The notes below the pieces were generated by a model. That model saw only the letters and a list, made by a program, of their open reading frames with translations, searched no databases and was not told where the DNA came from. A DNA stretch of 59,255 nt from Muribaculaceae bacterium. Lineage in GTDB: Bacteria; Bacteroidota; Bacteroidia; Bacteroidales; Muribaculaceae. A program made the position numbers and the translations under genes. Within the stretch, counting starts at the first letter, position 1. Each line of letters opens with the position of its first letter. The stretch spans positions 1-59,255 of the forward strand of contig JAFLTK010000343.1 in assembly GCA_022511505.1 (NCBI GenBank). The letters run 5' to 3'. Positions 18,068-24,333 of this stretch are shown in pieces.

Positions 18068-18175
18068 TTACAATACTGCAATAATGTAATCGTCAATTTC
18101 GTTGTAGAGTCGACGTGCTTTGAAGGTAATGACTTGGCCGGTCTTGGCGAGCGCCTCGCGGTCAACAATGCCGTC
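18068..18175 (-). pseudogene. possible 3' gene relic (35 codons, no start codon)
   Basis: A GC-richer patch inside the AT-rich island. The minus-strand frame reads DGIVDREALAKTGQVITFKARRLYNEIDDYIIAVL-stop. A stop codon sits immediately upstream, and the only in-frame start-type codon is the final TTG codon. Confidence 0.2.
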
Positions 18176-18188
18176 TTATTTCACATGT

Positions 18189-20219
18189 TTACAGAGCTTT
18201 AATTCGTTTTAGCAACAATGTGACCATCTTAGGTGAATCCTTGCGGCATTTTTTCAACTTTGATTTAAATTCATTGTCATCACAGTCAGAATTGAAATCG
18301 GCCACGAGTTCACTTGTCGAAGTATCGGAGTTGCTGAGCTTTAAGCCTTTACGTCGCATGAGCTGACGCATTGTTATAATTGCAGTATCATATTTTGGTA
18401 ATATTTCGATTAGTTTCTTCATCATCTCAATCCCAGGATCGTTTACAAACAGTTCATTGACCGTGGCCACCATATAAAGGATTTTTGCATCGGGCGTTGA
18501 AAATTCAAATGTCTCAGCTAAGAGACTATTCACATTGTCGGCCTCTTTATATCGTCCAAGTTTAACTAAAGCTCGTGATTTAATATACAATGCCTCGTTA
18601 CACTTGTGGCAGGTAAGCACATCCTCGATAGCATCTAATGCACCCTCATAATCTGTTGCATATAAGCTTAACAATGCAAATAAAAAGCGGTATATCCAGT
18701 GTGTATTTTCTTGCAATGTTACTGGTATTGTCGTGACAGTTCCAAATAGATGTTCATCGTCAACCAAAATATCTAAGAAACGCTTTGATAATTGAATAGC
18801 TTCACGAGCATTGCCTTCGGATGCTTTTCTCAGAACTAGAAGAAGATAGGCTTTAGCGGCTTCATCATAATCATGATTTTTGAGTGCCTCGTAGGTCGCT
18901 TTACCGCTCTCAATTTCATGTTCAATCAAATCAGTATTGTTGAAATCGCTTGAATAAGAAAGTATTTCATTAGATGTGTTGGCATAGTAGGGAAGAATTT
19001 CTCTTGAGAGATACAAACCGGCAAGACTTCTGACCCGACTGAGAGCAACATATAGTTGACCGGATGCAAACATGCCTCGACTGAGATCAATATGTAATTT
19101 GTCAAATGTCATTCCCTGACTTTTATGAATTGTGATAGCCCATGCCAGACGAAGCGGGTACTGTGTAAATGAACCAACGACTTCTTTTCTCATTCTTCTT
19201 GTTTCACGGTCATACTCAAAAGTAACAGAGTCCCAGCTACAAATCGGCACTACATAAGTAGAACCATTTTGTAACTCGACTGTCACCTCTTCCTTGTCAA
19301 GTTTTGACACTTTCCCGAGTGTTCCATTCGCCCATCGCTTCTGAGGGTCGTTGCGAGTAAACATTACCTGAGCACCAACTTTCAATCTTAGATAACGGTC
19401 AACCGGGAATCGTTTCTCTTCAAATCTTCCATCAATAGACCCTTCATATAAAAATTCAGGACTATCAATTTCAGATAGACGTTGATTATTAAGTCTACCG
19501 GCAATGTCATTTACGCTTGTTAATGTTACGACCATCTCGTTATTTTCGGGCATGGCTATGCGAGAGTTGAGAAGCGCAACATCATCAGGAGTCATCTTAT
19601 TGATACGGACGTGCTCTAAGATTTCAAGAAATTGCTTATCTTCCTGTCGATAAACCTTTTTAAACTCAATCTTGACCATTCTCATTTTACGGATTGACTC
19701 GGCCTTGTAGAAATAGAAATCATTTGCGCGATAAATATCTTGAAGCATTTCCTTTTCTGCGCCATTTTTTACTACCGGGGGCAACTGAAACATGTCGCCG
19801 ACAAAAATCATCTGCTTCCCACCAAATGGTAAATTATTACGCAAAGTTTTACGGAGTGTATAATCTATAGCATCCATTACGTCACAACGCACCATTGAAA
19901 TTTCATCAATAATTATCGTGTCGGCATGGACAAGAGATAATATGCGCGATTGGTTCATTTTACCACACGTGCCCGGAATACAGGCCTCCAATGGCAATCC
20001 AAAAAAAGAGTGGATTGTTTCACCACCCGCAAGGATTGCGGCTACACCTGTGGGGGCTAGAGTGATAAAATTTTTACCAACCATCTTCTGGACATTCTGT
20101 AAAAAGGTGGTTTTGCCGGTTCCAGCTCTTCCGGTCAAGAAAAAGCTGGAATTAGTACTGGCAATGAGTTCATAGGCAAGTTGTTGCTCTTGATTATCCT
20201 TATCTATTCTGTATTCCAT
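18189..20219 (-). CDS. Pif1/RecD-like SF1B DNA helicase with a ~250-aa C-terminal TPR-like helical extension
   Basis: 676 aa. Motifs: Walker A GRAGTGKTT, Walker B IIIDEISMV, the Pif1-type block LPFGGKQMIFVGDMFQLPPV, then ITIHKSQGMTFD and GQLYVALSRV. Residues ~430-676 are helical repeats (e.g. YDEAAKAYLLLVLRKASEGNAREAIQL, KCNEALYIKSRALVKLGRYKEA). Confidence 0.85.
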   Translation of the reverse strand: MEYRIDKDNQEQQLAYELIASTNSSFFLTGRAGTGKTTFLQNVQKMVGKNFITLAPTGVAAILAGGETIHSFFGLPLEACIPGTCGKMNQSRILSLVHADTIIIDEISMVRCDVMDAIDYTLRKTLRNNLPFGGKQMIFVGDMFQLPPVVKNGAEKEMLQDIYRANDFYFYKAESIRKMRMVKIEFKKVYRQEDKQFLEILEHVRINKMTPDDVALLNSRIAMPENNEMVVTLTSVNDIAGRLNNQRLSEIDSPEFLYEGSIDGRFEEKRFPVDRYLRLKVGAQVMFTRNDPQKRWANGTLGKVSKLDKEEVTVELQNGSTYVVPICSWDSVTFEYDRETRRMRKEVVGSFTQYPLRLAWAITIHKSQGMTFDKLHIDLSRGMFASGQLYVALSRVRSLAGLYLSREILPYYANTSNEILSYSSDFNNTDLIEHEIESGKATYEALKNHDYDEAAKAYLLLVLRKASEGNAREAIQLSKRFLDILVDDEHLFGTVTTIPVTLQENTHWIYRFLFALLSLYATDYEGALDAIEDVLTCHKCNEALYIKSRALVKLGRYKEADNVNSLLAETFEFSTPDAKILYMVATVNELFVNDPGIEMMKKLIEILPKYDTAIITMRQLMRRKGLKLSNSDTSTSELVADFNSDCDDNEFKSKLKKCRKDSPKMVTLLLKRIKAL

Positions 20220-20226
20220 TTTTTAA

Positions 20227-20730
20227 TTATGCTTTGAGTTGTGGCAGAATGCGAGTGAGATGAAGGTTAAAATCGGGATCAAGAAAACTTTTGAAGCTAC
20301 CATCAACGATGGCGCTTGCTTGAGCGCGTATCTCTGACTCGTCAACTATATGCCCCTGAGACTTGAGATATCCGGCGCAATAGTCGCTTATCATTTGCTC
20401 TGCCTCGGCGCGAACAAACTCCTCGCTTCTGAATGTTTTCTCGTAGTCTCGTTTTTGCACGAGCTCGAGACAAGTCCCGTTGAAAGCATATATTTCAATG
20501 CTATCAATATAGGTCCACGTGTGGTATAAACCAACGATTTCCCTTATCACAACATTGTCACAAAAACGCACCCCCTGATAGTAATAGTTACCCTTGGCGC
20601 TTTCATAGTTGCCAATTAGAAACATCTTTTGGCCCTCGTCCCACACAGGCACTTGCTTGCGGGGAGTGCCAAATTTGGGAAGCAGATTGTCAAACAGGTC
20701 TTTGGTAAGAGCTTTTTCAAATGAAGCCAT
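20227..20730 (-). CDS. hypothetical protein, paralog B of the pair upstream of the helicase
   Basis: 167 aa with no signal peptide. It ends 7 nt before the helicase start. It aligns by eye with the 151-aa neighbour over ~110 aa (GNYYYQGVRFCD / GNSYFKAVRMSD, IEIYAFNGT / ITLFAWDGT, MISDYCAGYLKSQG / MLKDYLMGQAKAIG). Confidence 0.6.
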   Translation of the reverse strand: MASFEKALTKDLFDNLLPKFGTPRKQVPVWDEGQKMFLIGNYESAKGNYYYQGVRFCDNVVIREIVGLYHTWTYIDSIEIYAFNGTCLELVQKRDYEKTFRSEEFVRAEAEQMISDYCAGYLKSQGHIVDESEIRAQASAIVDGSFKSFLDPDFNLHLTRILPQLKA

Positions 20731-20757
20731 AATTTTTAGGAATTTTGAGGTTAAACT

Positions 20758-21213
20758 TTATGCGAGTTGCTTTTTGTAGTTTCTTACATCCTCAATCATC
20801 TGTCGCGAGAATGAAAGGAGTTGTTGTTCACTGACGGATTGTCCGATAGCTTTTGCTTGACCCATGAGATAGTCTTTAAGCATCATGATTGATTGCTCCA
20901 TAGCAAAACTCTCGCTGAAACGTACCCAATTGTCACAGCCTCCCCACGATTTCTTGGCAATGATGTTGGCGTGAGTGCCATCCCAAGCAAATAGTGTTAT
21001 GCTATTGAGGAACGTGTAGCAGTAGCCTTCACCTATATCATAGTGTACGGCCAGTCTATCAGACATTCTGACAGCCTTGAAATAGGAGTTACCTGCACCA
21101 CTTGTGTATCCGAGTGTTAGATACACGTTTTTTTCAGCGTTGTAGGTCACGTTTGAACCAGAGATAGCTGGAAGGGCGACGTTCGCTAATCGGGTAAGAG
21201 TTGAATTATTCAT
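20758..21213 (-). CDS. hypothetical protein, paralog A of the pair upstream of the helicase
   Basis: 151 aa with no signal peptide, 27 nt upstream of paralog B. The homology blocks are listed under paralog B. Confidence 0.6.
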   Translation of the reverse strand: MNNSTLTRLANVALPAISGSNVTYNAEKNVYLTLGYTSGAGNSYFKAVRMSDRLAVHYDIGEGYCYTFLNSITLFAWDGTHANIIAKKSWGGCDNWVRFSESFAMEQSIMMLKDYLMGQAKAIGQSVSEQQLLSFSRQMIEDVRNYKKQLA

Positions 21214-21307
21214 ATTTTAGGATTAATGGTTTTTTGTTTAATTACTGATACCAATCAATAGCAAGAGGTAAACAAGTCTTTCAACTCGCTTTCTGTAGCA
21301 GATGTTG

Positions 21308-21661
21308 TTATCGTTTGGGGACGTAGGTTTTGTTGCCCTTGCTGTTGATGTAATATTGGCCGCCGCGAGGGCCGGTGTGAATCGTGTGGCCGCTTCCATA
21401 GTTGGATGCCCCACTTGAATAGTCGGGAGCGCGATAGCCGGAGTTGCCGTTGTAGGGATTTCTGTTTCCTTGGGTTGAGTAGTTGTCGCGGTTGGTAGAG
21501 TTGGGCTTGCTGCGGTAGTGTCCCGGAACATAGGTTCCATTAGACTTAGTATAACCGTTGACGTAGGTTGAGTTGGGATTGACGCCAGTTGAATAACTTT
21601 GGGCACTGCAGGTTATGACTGCAATAAAAGCGGCGACAAAGAATGCTAATGTTTTCTTCAT
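21308..21661 (-). CDS. small secreted Asn/Tyr/Gly/Ser-rich protein
   Basis: 117 aa. Signal peptide MKKTLAFFVAAFIAVITCSAQS, then Y-x-x-NGTYV / NxNPYxG motifs. The C-terminal TGPRGGQYYINSKGNKTYV resembles, from memory, the 'PBCV basic adaptor'-type motif seen in many small bacterial proteins. Confidence 0.65.
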   Translation of the reverse strand: MKKTLAFFVAAFIAVITCSAQSYSTGVNPNSTYVNGYTKSNGTYVPGHYRSKPNSTNRDNYSTQGNRNPYNGNSGYRAPDYSSGASNYGSGHTIHTGPRGGQYYINSKGNKTYVPKR

Positions 21662-21692
21662 ATCATTAATTTTAGATGATTAATTTGATGAA

Positions 21693-21700
21693 GCAAAATT
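21693..21700 (-). promoter_or_regulatory. candidate -7 box (TAATTTTG) for the 117-aa secreted protein gene
   Basis: TAnnTTTG match on the minus strand, 32 nt upstream of the ATG at 21661. The context tgatgaaRcaaaatta is duplicated at 22896-22910. Confidence 0.4.
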
Positions 21701-21723
21701 ACCCCTAAAATATTTTATATAAT

Positions 21724-21784
21724 GTTTTTCATAACGTTACAACCTTGCAACATTTATTTACATAAAAAATGTTGCAAGGTTGCA
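21724..21784 (-). promoter_or_regulatory. duplicated upstream module, copy 1 (contains a perfect 16-bp inverted repeat)
   Basis: gtttttcataacgttacaaccttgcaacatttatttacataaaaaatgttgcaaggttgca. The arms caaccttgcaacattt (21740-21755) and aaatgttgcaaggttg (21767-21782) are perfectly complementary. Confidence 0.6.
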
Positions 21785-21814
21785 ATTGTGATTTTGCTTT
21801 GGGGTGTGTATGTG

Positions 21815-21952
21815 TTAAATCGGGGCAAGGGAGATGGCCGCCCAGCGGCCGTCGTCCTGACGCAAGGCGATGATTTTGACGCGTTGATTGTCGCGAATAT
21901 TGAGTAGGAGTTTGTGGCCTACGAAAGCGTCGCCTATGCGGGCGAGAAACAT
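21815..21952 (-). CDS. possible 45-aa ORF (below the ORF-track cutoff) or gene relic
   Basis: A GC-richer patch. ATG at 21952-21950, TAA at 21817-21815, translating to MFLARIGDAFVGHKLLLNIRDNQRVKIIALRQDDGRWAAISLAPI. It starts 33 nt after the stop of the 291-aa gene. Confidence 0.2.
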   Translation of the reverse strand: MFLARIGDAFVGHKLLLNIRDNQRVKIIALRQDDGRWAAISLAPI

Positions 21953-21984
21953 TCTATGTTTTGATACCAATTTGGTAACATAGG

Positions 21985-22860
21985 TTAACAGACCTCATAA
22001 AGGTTATCCTCGCTTGGGTCCAGAGATTGACCGCTAAAACTTTCGTGCCCAATGTGCCATTTGCCACAATGAACACAGACGTAGGCCGATACCGGGCGGT
22101 GGTCGTTAGGATGCTTCAATGCGTAACGCTCAATTGCATCCAATGCGTCGGCATAACTATTATAGGCCTTTTTTGCCGCCAAAACTTTTTCACGTTTTGA
22201 ATTTTGATGAACTACTCGCCAGTGGGTGCCTCGAGAACGAAGTTGGGCATCATAGTCGGTAAATTTCGTTGAATGTAGGCTGAACGAAATTGCACGGCGC
22301 ACTGACTGGCGGAATCGATTTGAGTTGCGGTCGCTTTTCTTCGCATTGCGAAAAACCGTCTGTGCAGCGCGTTTCTCAATAATACGCCTCATCAAGCGGG
22401 AGCTCTCTTTATCATCGGTTAATGGATCGATGTAAATGACTTTTCGGCCTATTTTGCGCACTTTCTCGTTGGCGAGTCTTTTAGTGAGGGGACGATAACG
22501 TTCGGTCATCCCTTGATCGGCATAGGCTTGAGCAATAATTTCAATAGCCTGATTCTCTTCTGATTTGCAAAGGAGATCAAGAGTCGATTTCAACGTTTCA
22601 ATCAGTGCGCTAATATTAGGGCTTTGTGAAATAGCCAGGTCTCGACAACTTCTGATTTTGTGTCTAAGCTCCTTGTCTATCGCCTTGTTGCGTACTGCTT
22701 TTGAAATTGCACAAAAATCGTCGTTCAAACCTTGTTGATCAAGTTTGCCGTAGGTTTTCAACATCTTCAGCCATCGATTGAAGATATAAATCAAGTTATT
22801 CACCTCTGACCCTAAGCGGTCAATGTTGATTGAAGTTGGTAAAATAGAAGTATTACACAT
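21985..22860 (-). CDS. hypothetical basic protein with a C-terminal Cys/His motif
   Basis: 291 aa, Lys/Arg-rich and helical. The C-terminus reads ...YVCVHCGKWHIGHESF (CxxC-x2-H-x2-H). I recognise no family. Confidence 0.55.
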   Translation of the reverse strand: MCNTSILPTSINIDRLGSEVNNLIYIFNRWLKMLKTYGKLDQQGLNDDFCAISKAVRNKAIDKELRHKIRSCRDLAISQSPNISALIETLKSTLDLLCKSEENQAIEIIAQAYADQGMTERYRPLTKRLANEKVRKIGRKVIYIDPLTDDKESSRLMRRIIEKRAAQTVFRNAKKSDRNSNRFRQSVRRAISFSLHSTKFTDYDAQLRSRGTHWRVVHQNSKREKVLAAKKAYNSYADALDAIERYALKHPNDHRPVSAYVCVHCGKWHIGHESFSGQSLDPSEDNLYEVC

Positions 22861-22902
22861 GATGGTTTTAAATTAAAGTTATAGAAGATTTAACTGATGA
22901 AA

Positions 22903-22910
22903 CAAAATTA
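22903..22910 (-). promoter_or_regulatory. candidate -7 box (TAATTTTG) for the 291-aa gene
   Basis: TAnnTTTG match on the minus strand, 42 nt upstream of the ATG at 22860, within the duplicated context. Confidence 0.4.
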
Positions 22911-22932
22911 GTCTTTCTGATTGATATGATTT

Positions 22933-22994
22933 GTTTTTCATAACGTTACAATTTAGCGTCATTTTTTTACACAATAAAATGTTGCAAGGTTGCA
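22933..22994 (-). promoter_or_regulatory. duplicated upstream module, copy 2 (left hairpin arm degenerate)
   Basis: gtttttcataacgttacaatttagcgtcatttttttacacaataaaatgttgcaaggttgca. Roughly 80 percent identical to 21724-21784 by hand alignment. Confidence 0.6.
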
Positions 22995-23089
22995 GGTTTA
23001 ATGATTTAACAACTCAAACAAATCAAAAATATCAACTGGGAATTGCCCTGTGTCAACGGGCATTTTTTGGAAAGATGGCGATAAATGTT

Positions 23090-23097
23090 TAACTTTG
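23090..23097 (+). promoter_or_regulatory. candidate -7 box (TAACTTTG) for sbcDC
   Basis: TAnnTTTG match about 70 nt upstream of the sbcD ATG. Confidence 0.3.
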
Positions 23098-23166
23098 TGG
23101 AGAGCAATTTTGGGTCGTCTAAATGTGTGCGACAAGTTGAATGAAAGTTAATATAAAGTTTTTAAT

Positions 23167-24333
23167 ATGAAGGTTCTACACACGAGTGACTGGCATTTGG
23201 GACATCAGTTGTATGGCTTCGACAGAACTGAAGAGCAACGGGATATGCTTGAGCAAATAACGCGCGTTGTGAGGGAGGAACAGCCCGACGTGTTCCTGCT
23301 AAGCGGTGACGTGTTCCACGTTTCTAATCCGTCGGCAACGGTGCAAACGATGTTGGTCAACGCTATCCTTGAACTGCGGCGGCCTAATCCCGAGATGAGA
23401 ATAATAGTGACCGCGGGCAACCACGACAGTGGCTCGCGCCACGAGGTCTTTCGCTCGCCGTGGAGTGCTATGGGCGTGGAAGTGATTGGTACACTGCGCC
23501 CTGACACTCCCGAGAAGTATATTATCGACATCGCCGGCAAGGGGTGGGTGATTGCGTTGCCCTACGCCAACGAGCGTTTCATTCCCGATGGCTTTTTTGA
23601 GCAGATACTCAATATTGTTGCCGAAAGGAACACCGACAATCGACCGGTGGTGATGATGGCCCACACGACGGTCAGAGGCGCTGATTTCGCCGGTCACGAG
23701 CTCCCCGAGGAGTCGATGATTGGGGGCATTGAAGGGGTTGATGTTGAGCAGTTTGGCAACGGTTATGACTACCTTGCGTTGGGCCATATTCACCGCGAGC
23801 AGTTTATCCACACCGGGCGCCATAACGTGCGCTACTCGGGGACTCCGTTGGCGGTCAGTTTTGACGAGACGTTTGACCATTCGGTCAGCATTGTCGAAAT
23901 CGGCGAGCATGGCGAGCGTCCTGTTGTGAGGAAAGTGGCGATTGAAAACATCCGTCCGCTCGTCAACCTGCCGATTGAGGGCTTCACCGACTGGGAAAGC
24001 GCCCGCATACTTCTCGCAGAGTTTCCCGACGACCGCGAAGCCTACATTCGCCTCAACGTCGAGGTCGATGACTTCCTGCCAATCGGAGCAATCGACGAAG
24101 CGCGCATGATTGCCAACTCCAAACAGTGCCGATTATGCCTTATTAACAGCCGCCGACGTCGCGACCAGGGCTTAACCGAAGCGACATCGCTGACTGTCAG
24201 CGAATTCAAGGAACTGCCCCCGGTTGAGATTGCGCGTCGATATATCGAGCAACAAGGGGGCACGTTTGACGACAACATGGGCCGGATGTTTCAAGAAGTT
24301 TTAAACAGATTATCACTGCAAGATGAAGATTAA
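23167..24333 (+). CDS. sbcD: exonuclease SbcCD, nuclease subunit D (Mre11 family)
   Basis: 388 aa. Calcineurin-like phosphoesterase motifs: MKVLHTSDWHLG, GDVFH, GNHD, LGHIH. Confidence 0.9.
   Translation: MKVLHTSDWHLGHQLYGFDRTEEQRDMLEQITRVVREEQPDVFLLSGDVFHVSNPSATVQTMLVNAILELRRPNPEMRIIVTAGNHDSGSRHEVFRSPWSAMGVEVIGTLRPDTPEKYIIDIAGKGWVIALPYANERFIPDGFFEQILNIVAERNTDNRPVVMMAHTTVRGADFAGHELPEESMIGGIEGVDVEQFGNGYDYLALGHIHREQFIHTGRHNVRYSGTPLAVSFDETFDHSVSIVEIGEHGERPVVRKVAIENIRPLVNLPIEGFTDWESARILLAEFPDDREAYIRLNVEVDDFLPIGAIDEARMIANSKQCRLCLINSRRRRDQGLTEATSLTVSEFKELPPVEIARRYIEQQGGTFDDNMGRMFQEVLNRLSLQDED

Noticed and set aside
17971-18168. 65-aa minus-strand ORF between the membrane protein and the helicase
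   Set aside because: The Arg/Pro/Ser-rich sequence has no motifs and is in a different frame from the better-looking 35-codon relic at 18068-18175. It is probably non-coding.
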